Of a stretch of DNA of 64,000 bases, positions 1-9,728 are shown piece by piece; the stretch's first letter is position 1; each line of letters opens with the position of its first letter. The notes under the pieces are model-generated. The model was not told the origin of the DNA, ran no database searches, and was given only the letters and a program-made list of their open reading frames with translations. The DNA comes from an uncultured Christensenellaceae bacterium (GTDB taxonomy: Bacteria; Bacillota; Clostridia; Christensenellales; SZUA-584): NCBI GenBank assembly GCA_964510055.1, contig CAZDZY010000002.1, positions 859 to 64,858 of the forward strand. The letters are read 5' to 3'. A program made the translations under genes and the position numbers.

Positions 1-936
1 CATCAGCTTGCCTATGAGCAAACCGCCCACGGTGCTGAACATGAACGCGATAAGGCCCAGCCCTATTATCTTCAATGTTTCCGGTTGTAAGAATGTTTCC
101 GCTTTAGCTGTAGCCCCTACGGTAACTCCAAGGAATATCGTAACTATGTTGATAAGCGCATTCTGCGCCGTTTCCGACAACCGCTCTACCACGCCCGATT
201 CCCTGAACAGGTTACCGAGCATCAGCATGCCTATAAGGGGAGCGACCGAAGGAAGCAGCAGTATGCACAATATCGAAACGATGATAGGAAATACTACCTT
301 CTCTACCTTTTTTACCTCGCGCAGCTGCTCCATCTTGACTGCGCGCTCTTTCTTCGTTGTGAGCAGGCGCATTATAGGCGGCTGTATGAACGGTATGAGC
401 GCCATATACGAATACGCCGCTATCGCTATAGCGGACAGAAGATGGGGTGCGAGCCTTGTTGTAAGGAATATCGCCGTCGGGCCGTCGGCGCCGCCTATTA
501 TGCCTATCGAGCCCGCCTCCTGAGGTGAAAAGCCTAATGCTATGGCTATAGTAAAAGCAACGTATATCCCGAACTGCGCCGCCGCGCCCATAATAAGGCT
601 CGAGGGGCGCGCTATCAGCGGGCCGAAGTCCGTCATCGCGCCTATCCCTAAGAATATCAGCGACGGGTATATACCAAGATGTACGCCCTGATACAGGTAG
701 TATAAAAGCCCGCCCGGCTGGTCCCCGGACGGTTCGGCCATCAGCCCGGCAGCCGGCAGATTAGCCAGCAATACCCCGAACGCGATCGGCAGCAGCAGCA
801 GCGGCTCGTACTTCTTCACGATGGCGAGATAAATAAGCACCAGCGCGATCACTATCATTACTCCCTGCAGAAGCGTCATTTGGGAAAAACCGGAGTCCTC
901 CCATATCGTTTTCAATGTGTCGGTAAAAGACGTCAT
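1..936 (-). CDS. Na+-translocating decarboxylase beta subunit (OadB/MmdB/GcdB family); C-terminus lies outside window
   Basis: Absent from the ORF track because there is no stop inside the window. My minus-strand translation from the ATG at 936-934 reads MTSFTDTLKTIWEDSGFSQMTLLQGVMIVIALVLIYLAIVKKYEPLLLLPIAFGVLLANLP...SIGIIGGADGPTAIFLTTRLAP... and stays open to position 1. Polytopic protein. Last gene of the alpha-gamma-BCCP-beta operon. Confidence 0.8.
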   Translation of the reverse strand, partial: MTSFTDTLKTIWEDSGFSQMTLLQGVMIVIALVLIYLAIVKKYEPLLLLPIAFGVLLANLPAAGLMAEPSGDQPGGLLYYLYQGVHLGIYPSLIFLGIGAMTDFGPLIARPSSLIMGAAAQFGIYVAFTIAIALGFSPQEAGSIGIIGGADGPTAIFLTTRLAPHLLSAIAIAAYSYMALIPFIQPPIMRLLTTKKERAVKMEQLREVKKVEKVVFPIIVSILCILLLPSVAPLIGMLMLGNLFRESGVVERLSETAQNALINIVTIFLGVTVGATAKAETFLQPETLKIIGLGLIAFMFSTVGGLLIGKLM

Positions 937-949
937 GATCCGACCTCCG

Positions 950-1336
950 TCACTGCAGTACGGCAATCAGGTCGCCCGTGTTTACCGACGCGCCCTTTGC
1001 CACAGTTATGTCCGCGACCACCGCGTCTTTAGGCGAGAATATCTCGTTTTCCATCTTCATCGCTTCTATTATAAAAAGTATCTCGCCCTTCTTTATGGCT
1101 TCGCCCCTGTTCTTTTTGACGTCGAGTATTACGCCCGCTATCGGGGCGGTGACTTTATCTCCGCCCGCAGATGAAACCGGAGCGGTTTCCTGTTTTGGCT
1201 GTACCGCGGCAGGAGCGGTAACCGCGGGCGCGGCCTGTTTCACCTGCGCAGTCTCGCCGGTTTTTCTTACCCGGGCTTCTGTTTCATCTACGTCGACTTC
1301 ATATATGTTGTTATTTATCGTTACTTCGAATATCAT
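950..1336 (-). CDS. Biotin carboxyl carrier protein (biotinyl domain) of the decarboxylase
   Basis: 128 aa with an Ala/Pro-rich linker and the biotinylation motif IEAMKMENEI. ATGA overlap with the upstream gamma gene. Confidence 0.85.
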   Translation of the reverse strand: MIFEVTINNNIYEVDVDETEARVRKTGETAQVKQAAPAVTAPAAVQPKQETAPVSSAGGDKVTAPIAGVILDVKKNRGEAIKKGEILFIIEAMKMENEIFSPKDAVVADITVAKGASVNTGDLIAVLQ

Positions 1337-1632
1337 TTTTCAGCCTCCTTTATTCGCCTTATGGAATTGAACCTTAATCTTGCCAGCGGTATCCCTGAGT
1401 TTTTGCTTACGATAGCCATTATAGCAGCGGCCGTTTTTTCATCCACCTCTACGAGCGTGATCTCGCTTTCTCCGTCCTGCGCCGGCTGGCCTTCAGGTGT
1501 TGCCGCAGCTGCCGCTGACCGCGGGCGAAATGCCATCGATATAAGTTTTATTATAAAGCTGAGGGCAATAAGGACGGCGAACACTATAGCCAGCCCAAAA
1601 ACGTCTACTCCCAAACTTTCCAATACAGACAT
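1333..1632 (-). CDS. OadG-like gamma subunit (small membrane anchor)
   Basis: 99 aa with a single N-terminal TM (VFGLAIVFAVLIALSFIIKLISMAF) followed by a soluble tail. Sits between the alpha and BCCP genes. Confidence 0.6.
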   Translation of the reverse strand: MSVLESLGVDVFGLAIVFAVLIALSFIIKLISMAFRPRSAAAAATPEGQPAQDGESEITLVEVDEKTAAAIMAIVSKNSGIPLARLRFNSIRRIKEAEK

Positions 1633-1644
1633 ACAACCTGCCTC

Positions 1645-3027
1645 CTATTTCTTCACAATGGAATACGAGAACGTTACGGCCGCTGATTCCTCGCGCTTCT
1701 TAAAAAAGCTCTCCGCTACTTGCGGGAACGCAATATGCGAGAGCACGTCTTCGTCGCTTTTTGCCAGGCTGCCAAGCTTTTTCTTCGCCGCTTCAAACGC
1801 AGGAGCGAGCGTATCGGCGAACCGGTCCTCTATCGGCTTCTCGTCTCCGAGCACGCTTTTGATAAGCTTCCTGTCAACTTCGCCCGGGGCTTTTCCGTAC
1901 TCGCCTTTCAGGTACGCTTTTATTTCCTTTGAAATAGATTTATACCTTTCTCCCTGCAGCACGTTTGAGGCAGCCTGCACGCCCACCATCTGGCTCATAG
2001 GCGTAACGAGCGGCGGGTATCCTAAGTCTTTGCGTACATTCGGTATCTCGCTTAATACTTCATCGAGGCGGCCGATGGAGTTCTGCGCCTTTAATTGCGC
2101 GAGCAGATTCGAAAGCATCCCGCCGGGCACCTGATACACTAGCACGTCCGCCTCGGTCCCCATTACAAACGTATCCAGCAGACCTGCAGAAACATATTTC
2201 TGTTTTATCGGCTTGAAGAAATCGTTTATCTCTTTCAGCACTTTTTCGTTTACGCCGGTTTCATGCCCCAGTTGTTTAAGGGCGTACACCATCGTTTCGG
2301 TCGATGGCTGCGACGTACCTCCCGAGAACGAGGATATTGCGCAGTCGATGCTGCTGCATCCCGCCTCCACGGCCTTTAAGCATGTCATCGGCCCCAAACC
2401 CGTCGTCGAATGCGTATGCAGCACTATTGGCACTTTAACCCGCTGTGTCAGCGCCTTGACGAGGCTGTACGCTTCCCCCGGCCCCATTATGCCCGCCATG
2501 TCCTTAATACAGATGGAGTCGGCGCCCATATCTTCGAGCTGCGATCCCATCGAGGCGTATTTCTCGAGGTTGTGGATAGGGCTCGTCGTGTAGCAGATGG
2601 CAGCCTGCGCGTGCGCTTTGCGCTTCTTTGTTTCGTCCATCGCTACTTCGATGTTCCGAAAATCGTTGAGGGCGTCGAATATCCTGAAAATATCGATGCC
2701 GTTCTCTGCCGCGTGCGCCACGAAAAGCCTAACGACGTCGTCCGGGTAATGCTTGTAGCCGAGTATGTTCTGGCCGCGTAGCAGCATCTGCAGCTTTGTA
2801 CGCTTCACTTTGCCCTTTATTTTGCGTAACCTTTCCCACGGGTCTTCGTTAAGGTAACGCAGGCACGAATCGAAGGTAGCGCCGCCCCAGCATTCGAGCG
2901 AATAGTATCCGGCTTTGTCCAGCGTTTCCAAAATACCCTCAAAATCAGAAAAGGGCATCCGTGTGGCCGCAAGGGACTGGTTTGCGTCCCTTAATACCGT
3001 CTCTGTAATGTTGACCTTCATTGTCAT
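1645..3027 (-). CDS. Carboxyltransferase alpha subunit (oxaloacetate decarboxylase alpha / PycB / 5S-type), no fused biotinyl domain
   Basis: 460 aa. N-terminus reads ITETVLRDANQSL...ECWGGATFD...LLRGQN. Also carries HTHSTTGLG and the pattern of an HMGL-like TIM barrel followed by a PYC_OADA-type C-terminal region. Confidence 0.85.
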   Translation of the reverse strand: MTMKVNITETVLRDANQSLAATRMPFSDFEGILETLDKAGYYSLECWGGATFDSCLRYLNEDPWERLRKIKGKVKRTKLQMLLRGQNILGYKHYPDDVVRLFVAHAAENGIDIFRIFDALNDFRNIEVAMDETKKRKAHAQAAICYTTSPIHNLEKYASMGSQLEDMGADSICIKDMAGIMGPGEAYSLVKALTQRVKVPIVLHTHSTTGLGPMTCLKAVEAGCSSIDCAISSFSGGTSQPSTETMVYALKQLGHETGVNEKVLKEINDFFKPIKQKYVSAGLLDTFVMGTEADVLVYQVPGGMLSNLLAQLKAQNSIGRLDEVLSEIPNVRKDLGYPPLVTPMSQMVGVQAASNVLQGERYKSISKEIKAYLKGEYGKAPGEVDRKLIKSVLGDEKPIEDRFADTLAPAFEAAKKKLGSLAKSDEDVLSHIAFPQVAESFFKKREESAAVTFSYSIVKK

Positions 3028-3271
3028 TTCCTTTCTTAAAAATTATATATTTTAATTAAATTTAAGGCTCAGTTATGTTTCCGGCTTCTTGCCCGGCAAT
3101 AAATGCGTACTAAAAAAGGGCGGAAACACTAAGCTTCCCACCCTGAAAACTCGAAATCTTGAAACAGAAACTGCCAACCGAAAACCGAAAGTAAGATATT
3201 CAATTTGAAGTTATTATAATATATTGTCGGGGAAAAAACAATTAAAACTTTGTGATGATTTTCTCACTGTA

Positions 3272-3625
3272 TTAAGCAGTTACACCCGTAAGGCTGTAAA
3301 ACAGGAATCCCGCAAGAAACGAGGCAGCGTTGGCAAGCGCGGAAACCCAAAACGCCTTCGATGTCTTAAAACCGCAAAGCATACGGTACACATACGCTTC
3401 AACGAGCACTGCCGAAGCTTCGAGCAGCGCGAGCGCAGGGTAATAGAACGCGATACCCAGGTATGCCGCTGCCAGCGCAAGCAGAAGGTTTACCGCCGGA
3501 TTAGTGAGCAGGTTGCACAAAAAGCTGTAATATACAAAGTCGCGCCTGCGGAAAAGCAGCGCAATAACAGCGCCTTCTATGACTATTGTAGCGATAAGGT
3601 TTCCTAAAAAAATGATTAATATCAT
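3272..3625 (-). CDS. Hypothetical membrane protein
   Basis: 117 aa, about 4 hydrophobic helices, no family recognised. Confidence 0.45.
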   Translation of the reverse strand: MILIIFLGNLIATIVIEGAVIALLFRRRDFVYYSFLCNLLTNPAVNLLLALAAAYLGIAFYYPALALLEASAVLVEAYVYRMLCGFKTSKAFWVSALANAASFLAGFLFYSLTGVTA

Positions 3626-3663
3626 TTTTCCTCATTGCCTTTGTGTACTAAATCGTTTTTGCT

Positions 3664-3858
3664 TTACGCCTTATTCTGCTTTTTCTTCTTTGCCGCGCGT
3701 ATAAGCAAAACCACGGCAGCGGCTATAGCAGCGGCAACAACGGCAAGCATGATGATCGTGATAACGCCCCCGGCGGGGTTATCAGCGGTTGTGGTAACAG
3801 CCGATTCATCAGTTATTGGCGGCGCAACGTCCAGCAGCACGCAATTCAAATAAAACAC
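3664..3858 (-). CDS. Small single-pass membrane protein
   Basis: 64 aa. GTG start with GGGAGG upstream. C-terminal TM followed by a KKKKQNK tail. Confidence 0.4.
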   Translation of the reverse strand: MFYLNCVLLDVAPPITDESAVTTTADNPAGGVITIIMLAVVAAAIAAAVVLLIRAAKKKKQNKA

Positions 3859-3940
3859 TTCAAAAGCCTCCCTAAGGTCATTATTATTATAAATATACTC
3901 TGCTTAGACAACTGATATCTCAGCGGCTGAAAGCAGCGTT

Positions 3941-4159
3941 CTATTCATCCTTTCCTTTTCCGGCGCCCTGTTCGCTTGACAGCCGCTTTGCCGCGGCAAG
4001 TTCCTGCTGCTGTTTTTTTGCCTTTCTAACGTTTATAACAGCTATCGCTATAAGCGTCCCGACCACGATCAATACTATCAGCGCCGGTATGCCGAGAACC
4101 AGGTATACGACACCTGCGGCGTCAAACAGCGTGCTGCTGAGTTTCCTTATGTTCTTCAT
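3941..4159 (-). CDS. Small single-pass membrane protein
   Basis: 72 aa. AAAGGAG lies 6 nt upstream of the ATG. Central TM and a Lys/Gln-rich tail. Overlaps the end of the upstream membrane gene. Confidence 0.5.
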   Translation of the reverse strand: MKNIRKLSSTLFDAAGVVYLVLGIPALIVLIVVGTLIAIAVINVRKAKKQQQELAAAKRLSSEQGAGKGKDE

Positions 4160-5273
4160 ACACTGCTCCTTTCCTGCCGTACGCCGCTAAATATACGCAG
4201 AGCGCCGACAGCGCTGTAAGAACTGCAACAACTGCTAAGACGGCTGTTCCCGTCAGACCGAACATAAACGAAGGCACGGTGCCGCACAGCAGCGCAAGCG
4301 TGGTAAGGCCGAACGCAAGCCCCGGGTTTCGCGGAAACTTCGATACGACTATGCACAGCGTTATTGGCATAGTCATGTTAAACAGCATTATCCCTAAAAA
4401 CGACAGCAGCGGGCTTCCGTTTCCGAATACGAGCAGCGGTATCGATAAAACGAGAGCCGCCGTACCCGCAAATTTTGCGCCGCGCAAGTCGCCGGCAAAT
4501 CCTCCCGCCGCCTTGCCTGCGAAAGCCGCTATGCCGGGCAGCATCGATAACAGCACGGAAGCCGATTTCCATTCGAGCGGCAGTACCCCGCCGACATAAG
4601 CGCGCACAACTATTGAAACGAGCGCGAGGATGAGCACCGCCGCAAACGGCCGCCCCGACGATACATTTATCTTCACCTCTTCAAACTTTACCCTGCCAGT
4701 TTGCTTAAACAATGCAATGAGTATCGCGGACGCCGCGAGCAGCGCGAGCGGCAGGGCGGCCGTATACGCGGCTTTGCCGTACATCGTCCCGAATAATACG
4801 CCCAGAGCGCCCGTGGAAACGAATATCCCGCTCCTCGACATTCTTCCGTTTGATAACGCAAGGCTGTCTATGCCGCCTTCGACGTGGAAAAACGAGTTTC
4901 CCGCCGCGCACAAAAACAGCGACAGCCAGTAAAACGGCAGCGCTATCACTCCCGCCGCTACCGCAATGCAGCCTATTAAACCGGCCGGCAGCCCCGGCTT
5001 TATATCGCAGAGGTATCCTGTCACCGGCTGGGTGCCGAACGCTATTATATTATATATAAGGAACGCGTACGCAATTTCAGCCTTATCCTGCACCGCCCCG
5101 TTCATTGAAAACAGAATGAAAAAACATGAAAAGTCTACGCAGAAATGCGATATGCTGTAAGCGATAAGCGATCTTAGATTTCTGATATTACCGCCCCCAA
5201 ACTGTACGGAGCAAATGCCCGCTTTCTTTATAATACTATATATTAGTCGTAAAAAGAAGAAGCGGGGTTCCAT
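4122..5273 (-). CDS. Polytopic membrane protein, family unknown; start uncertain
   Basis: 383-aa ORF with about 10 hydrophobic segments. The annotated ATG (5273) sits inside the terminator-like hairpin of the upstream rubrerythrin-like gene (AGCGGGG...CCCCGCT followed by a T-run). The true start may therefore be further downstream. Confidence 0.5.
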   Translation of the reverse strand: MEPRFFFLRLIYSIIKKAGICSVQFGGGNIRNLRSLIAYSISHFCVDFSCFFILFSMNGAVQDKAEIAYAFLIYNIIAFGTQPVTGYLCDIKPGLPAGLIGCIAVAAGVIALPFYWLSLFLCAAGNSFFHVEGGIDSLALSNGRMSRSGIFVSTGALGVLFGTMYGKAAYTAALPLALLAASAILIALFKQTGRVKFEEVKINVSSGRPFAAVLILALVSIVVRAYVGGVLPLEWKSASVLLSMLPGIAAFAGKAAGGFAGDLRGAKFAGTAALVLSIPLLVFGNGSPLLSFLGIMLFNMTMPITLCIVVSKFPRNPGLAFGLTTLALLCGTVPSFMFGLTGTAVLAVVAVLTALSALCVYLAAYGRKGAVYEEHKETQQHAV

Positions 5274-5315
5274 TAACGATCGTTTCCCCGCTGCCTGTTC
5301 CCGTATAAGGCTGTT

Positions 5316-5729
5316 TTATCGGCTTAGCTTTTTAACTATTTCCTCCATAGCGCGGTAATGCTCCTCCTCCTGCGCTATTATATATTCGTACAGCTCTTTA
5401 TTCGCTTCCGTCTCGCCGCGCAGCCGTTTATAGAGCTCTATGCTCTTTTTCTCCATATCAAGAGCGAGGCGGTAAGCGTCTATCTCCTCCGGGTCGGTCT
5501 TTAAGTCTTTAAGCTCCGGAAGGCCGTCGAACACGTTGACCGACAGGTCCTCTTTGCCTATTGCCACTCCAGTATCATAATCGCGAAGCAGCGCCGCGTG
5601 GCGGCTCTCCTCTTCCGCAAGCGCCGAAAACACCGCTTCAAGCGGAGTGCCCCTGTGTTTCTGCGCCTGATGGCGGTAATACCCCTCGCCCTCTATCTCC
5701 ATGTTTATCGCGAAGCTCAATCCCTCCAT
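5316..5729 (-). CDS. Rubrerythrin/ferritin-like diiron domain protein
   Basis: 137 aa. AINMEIEGEGYY and EEESRHAALL, then a second AQEEEHYRAMEE, form paired E..H helices. AAAGGAG RBS. Confidence 0.65.
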   Translation of the reverse strand: MEGLSFAINMEIEGEGYYRHQAQKHRGTPLEAVFSALAEEESRHAALLRDYDTGVAIGKEDLSVNVFDGLPELKDLKTDPEEIDAYRLALDMEKKSIELYKRLRGETEANKELYEYIIAQEEEHYRAMEEIVKKLSR

Positions 5730-5826
5730 GATGTTTCTCCTTTGCGTGATATGATCTTAGTATCGCAGAAATGTATCGGGCGGTCAATGACCGCCCTTAC
5801 TATCATAATATTTTATTTTTCGGTCC

Positions 5827-7734
5827 TTACCACGAGCCTCCACCGCCGCCGCCGCCGCCGCCGCCGGAGAAGCCGCCGCCCGAGAATCCTCCCCCGCCGC
5901 CTCCGCTCCGGGTTGTGGGAGGCGAAGAGGTCATCTGATTACCAAAAGTGGTCATGGCGTTGTGGAAGCTCGACGCGAACAGCACCGGCGTGAACGTTCC
6001 GTGCCCGTAATACCACGTCGGGGGCTGCAAGGCTATGCCCTCAAAGTTCTTTATCCAGATATCCGTTATGCCGAGCACATACGCGTACGGCAGTATGCTG
6101 TAGAAATAAGACGGATTTTCCGCCGCGAGCTTTTCGAGGCGGTCTTTCTCGGCGAGTATTATGAAATTGCGCAGGCCGAGTATCTTGCCCATCCAGGCGT
6201 TGCCCTGTTCTGTGCGTTTGCGGACGAACGCCGCACAAAGCGTGATTATCGCCGACGCGGCTATGGCAGCCCAGGGCAGCAGCTTCTCATAAGCGTTCGG
6301 CAGCACTATGGCAACCAGAATAGCGGAAAAGCCGGCCCAGAATATAAGCGCGAAAATAAGGCCGCGCACCGGGTTCTTTTTACCGCGCCATGTGCGCATC
6401 AATCCGATGATTATATAGGCCGGCAGCATCAGCGCGAGCCCTAAAGGTATGCCCAGCATGAGCGCGAAAATAAACCCCTCGCCTATGCGCGACAGCGCCG
6501 CTACAACTGCTATTACAAGCGGCAGCATGGCTAAAAACGTTACCCACGGCATTATTTTCAGAGACTTTGCCGTAAACACCCGGCGTTCTTCAGGAGCGAA
6601 CGACATTTTTACCATCGCCTTTGTGCTCTCGAACGTCGTGTAGAACTTTTGATTGAGCTGCGATGTGGTCACGGTGTCGCCGGTCCGGAACAATGCCTCA
6701 AACATATGGCGCTCAAAGAAATCGGAGTCTTTATCGAGCTCTTTCAGCCTTGTTAATTCGTATCTGTTTTCGCTTATTTCTTTTATCGATATGTTGCCTT
6801 TATCCGCCCAGTAGACGAGCAGCGATACAACATCGCGGTTATCGACCACACCGTCGACCACAAACCCGACCTCAGCCGGGTTAAGGCCTTCGGGCGGGTA
6901 GAACTCCACGGTAGTCACATACTTCTTATCGCGGCCGAAAATAAGGAACAGGATTATACCGATTAACACAAGCGCGCCCATTACGCCGATCAATACCCAG
7001 TCGAAGATCTGCAGCTGGGTCATCTTGAAATACCCCTGAGGCAGCTCTATGCGCATCCCCACGCTTTCGCCCGGATTCAGGACGCGCTGCACGCTGCCGG
7101 TTATCGTGTTGCCCGATAGTTCGTATTTGAGCACTTCAGGGTCGTAGCCTTTTGACCCATAATACCCGGTGTTGAACCCGATCTTGCTCTTATCGAATTC
7201 TTTGGGCAGCGTTATCGAAAATGTCAGGCTGTCTATAGGCTGATCCCAACCTGAATTCTTTCCGCCGGTTATGTTGTAATAGACCTCGTCGAAACGCTGT
7301 GTCCCGTCGTTACCGAAGCCGAGCTTATACGATATCTTATATGTCTGGTCGCTGCCGGCCGCCACAGTAGAATTGGGATCGCCTATCTTTATAGACACGA
7401 TACGGGCGTCTCCGCTTACTGAGTATTGCCAGCCCTCGACCTTAACGTCCCATACTTCCGAGGGCACTCTCGTATCCAGCCTCTCGCCGGTGGGCATCTC
7501 GCGCTCCATATCGGTATTTACCGGGATATCGCGGTATATGCCGTGCCTCGGTTCATAAAAGTGAACGTTTAGGGTCTCGGTTATATCGTACACATTATTC
7601 TCGGAGATAACAGTCTTGACATCGTAACTCGTTATCTCATAGCCCCCGAGCGACTGCGCCGAGGCGCCTGCCGGAGCAATTACCAGCGTAAACAATATTG
7701 AAACACAAAGAAGTATTTTCAATATTCTCTTCAT
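5827..7734 (-). CDS. DUF2207 domain-containing membrane protein
   Basis: Signal peptide (MKRILKILLCVSILFTLVIAPAGASA), an N-terminal beta-rich ectodomain, multiple TMs, and the typical Gly-rich C-terminus SGGGGGGFSGGGFSGGGGGGGGGGSW. Start moved to 7734 (AAAGGA RBS); the track ORF starts at 7773. Confidence 0.8.
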   Translation of the reverse strand: MKRILKILLCVSILFTLVIAPAGASAQSLGGYEITSYDVKTVISENNVYDITETLNVHFYEPRHGIYRDIPVNTDMEREMPTGERLDTRVPSEVWDVKVEGWQYSVSGDARIVSIKIGDPNSTVAAGSDQTYKISYKLGFGNDGTQRFDEVYYNITGGKNSGWDQPIDSLTFSITLPKEFDKSKIGFNTGYYGSKGYDPEVLKYELSGNTITGSVQRVLNPGESVGMRIELPQGYFKMTQLQIFDWVLIGVMGALVLIGIILFLIFGRDKKYVTTVEFYPPEGLNPAEVGFVVDGVVDNRDVVSLLVYWADKGNISIKEISENRYELTRLKELDKDSDFFERHMFEALFRTGDTVTTSQLNQKFYTTFESTKAMVKMSFAPEERRVFTAKSLKIMPWVTFLAMLPLVIAVVAALSRIGEGFIFALMLGIPLGLALMLPAYIIIGLMRTWRGKKNPVRGLIFALIFWAGFSAILVAIVLPNAYEKLLPWAAIAASAIITLCAAFVRKRTEQGNAWMGKILGLRNFIILAEKDRLEKLAAENPSYFYSILPYAYVLGITDIWIKNFEGIALQPPTWYYGHGTFTPVLFASSFHNAMTTFGNQMTSSPPTTRSGGGGGGFSGGGFSGGGGGGGGGGSW

Positions 7735-7886
7735 AACGCGTCCTTTCCGCACTATACGTGCAACAGCAACCATGGAAGGTAAGTAAAATATATTCCTGCT
7801 GTTCTCATTTTAGACGTTTATTAGGCTAAAGGCAAGACGGAAAAATGTATATATAATATTGCTTTGCAGCCCGGGCTGAACAGCTA

Positions 7887-8717
7887 TTACCATACATACG
7901 CCGCAGCGCATATCGTCGCCGACGTTTCAGCGTAATCTGCCCCCGCGGCGTCGCCGTAAATATCTGCACGTTTAAAGCCCGCGGAGATAAGGTCGGAGCG
8001 CAGTTCCTCTTCAGTGAAGGCGTGGTTCCATATGTTAAAGCGCTTTATCCTGTCTTCTTCTATTACCACATGCCTGTCGCAGTACACGCGGCAATCGTCG
8101 TACCTTATAAACGAGTACAGGCAGGCGTAAGGCTTTTCGCTCCAGAAGCCTCCGCTGCAGAAGCTCCAGTTACAGCTCTCTTCCCTGCCCTCGTACTGCG
8201 CTGATGTGAGCGCGTCGAATATAAAGATCCCGCCCGGAGCGAGCGCTTCGCGTATCTTTATGAGCAGCTTTTTCCTGTTTTCCCCGCCGAGTACCCCGAA
8301 GTCGCAGTATATGAGCGTTATAACGTCGTACGGCCCCCCGAAGCCCGTTTCGAGGTAATCCCCGCAAACGTATTCTATACCGAGCCCCTTTTCCTCTGCG
8401 CTCTTTTTTGCGTACGCAATGGAGTGCGGCGACAGGTCGAGCCCCCTTACCTTAAAGCCTCTCTCCGCGAACATTTCCGCGTATATTCCTGGGCCGCACC
8501 CTAAGTCGAGCAGCCGCCCGCGGTCGTCCGCCAGCGAGGCTATCCAGTCGGCCGACTTCTTTACAAAGCCCGGCTTTCGAGTGGCGAGGTCGTCTTCAGG
8601 GTCGAGATGGGTCGCCAACATGCCCTTAGATATGTGTTCGTCGTCCCAAAACTTTGAGTCTCCCCATTCGTATACGCCGGGGCGGGCGCTGAGGGTTTTG
8701 AGAAGATCTTTATACAT
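7887..8717 (-). CDS. Class I SAM-dependent methyltransferase
   Basis: Motif I LLDLGCGPGIYAEMF and post-I GLDLS. Start at 8717 has a GGAGG RBS (the track start is 8756). Confidence 0.75.
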   Translation of the reverse strand: MYKDLLKTLSARPGVYEWGDSKFWDDEHISKGMLATHLDPEDDLATRKPGFVKKSADWIASLADDRGRLLDLGCGPGIYAEMFAERGFKVRGLDLSPHSIAYAKKSAEEKGLGIEYVCGDYLETGFGGPYDVITLIYCDFGVLGGENRKKLLIKIREALAPGGIFIFDALTSAQYEGREESCNWSFCSGGFWSEKPYACLYSFIRYDDCRVYCDRHVVIEEDRIKRFNIWNHAFTEEELRSDLISAGFKRADIYGDAAGADYAETSATICAAAYVW

Positions 8718-8863
8718 AAGGCCTCCATTATTTCTTATTTTATATACTAACACCACCCGCCTTCTTTTTCTACCATGGCCGCCTCTTTTTGGTGATTCCC
8801 GTCTTGACCTCCCATTATTAAACAGTTATTATAAACGTAAATACTATAACAGGAGCCAAAGCT

Positions 8864-9466
8864 ATGGAAGATCAAATCGATAACCCAAAAAGCCTAAGCA
8901 ACAGCGAAAGCACCGTTCCGAAAAAAAGCAGTATTAAAATGATAATATGGAATGTTGCATGCATCATATTGTTTACAATCGGTGTAGTATTCCTAATAAT
9001 CTTCTTTGACCGTTACCATCATATCCTTATACTCAATTACGCCTGGGCAATCATCTTAAGCGCTATTATCGCTATGGTTATTATCATCCTGTGCTTCTTT
9101 ACATCCCGGACTAAAATCGGCGCAGCTAGATTTGTGGCTTTGATAATAGCTGCGATCTTATTTGCGGCCAACTGGTTTATTTACTTCAGATACATTCCCA
9201 AATACGGGCCGGCGGACGGATGCGCCATAGTGAAAGCCGACCCGAAGTACGCTTCCGCAACCGTTGAACCTCAATACTATAGGCAGTATAACGACAATGG
9301 ACAATTAATTATAAGTACTAACGTAACATATGAACTTAAAGACAATCCGTTTTATGAATGGGGTTATATTTTAGACGTCATAGAAGACGGCAAAGTGACG
9401 GAATGGATAGCGTTTGATCCCGCTACGGGTAAGTATTACGTGTTCCATGAACTTAAAGATCAATAA
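8864..9466 (+). CDS. Hypothetical membrane protein
   Basis: 200 aa. AGGAG RBS, three TMs, then a soluble C-terminal domain. Confidence 0.55.
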   Translation: MEDQIDNPKSLSNSESTVPKKSSIKMIIWNVACIILFTIGVVFLIIFFDRYHHILILNYAWAIILSAIIAMVIIILCFFTSRTKIGAARFVALIIAAILFAANWFIYFRYIPKYGPADGCAIVKADPKYASATVEPQYYRQYNDNGQLIISTNVTYELKDNPFYEWGYILDVIEDGKVTEWIAFDPATGKYYVFHELKDQ

Positions 9467-9491
9467 TAATATATTCAAAGGAGCCAAAGCT

Positions 9492-9704
9492 ATGGACGAT
9501 CAAAACAATACTCCAATCAGACCTAAGTGGTTCTACAGGCTTTTCCTCTTCTCTTCTCTGCTTTTCTTTATAGTCGCCGGACTCGTATATAAGCGGGTCA
9601 TCGATATCTTTGATAAAGATACGGCGTGGGTATTCGCAGCAGGAGGCGTTTGTGATCTAATAGCCGCGTTCATATTCAAATCGCGATATAACGATAGTAA
9701 TTAA
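9492..9704 (+). CDS. Small membrane protein
   Basis: 70 aa from an internal ATG of track ORF 9414..9704. The start region is a near-identical copy of the RBS and start of the gene at 8864. Confidence 0.45.
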   Translation: MDDQNNTPIRPKWFYRLFLFSSLLFFIVAGLVYKRVIDIFDKDTAWVFAAGGVCDLIAAFIFKSRYNDSN

Positions 9705-9728
9705 CAGCTTTACGTATAGGAGAAAAAA

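Noticed and set aside
8-523. 171-aa plus-strand ORF at the window start
   Set aside because: It is antisense to the decarboxylase beta-subunit gene. That gene reads open from 936 to 1 on the minus strand with a convincing OadB-like sequence.
5598-5993. 131-aa plus-strand ORF with an RRRRRRRRR run
   Set aside because: It is an antisense reading of the Gly-rich (GGC/GCC repeat) C-terminal tail of the DUF2207 gene.
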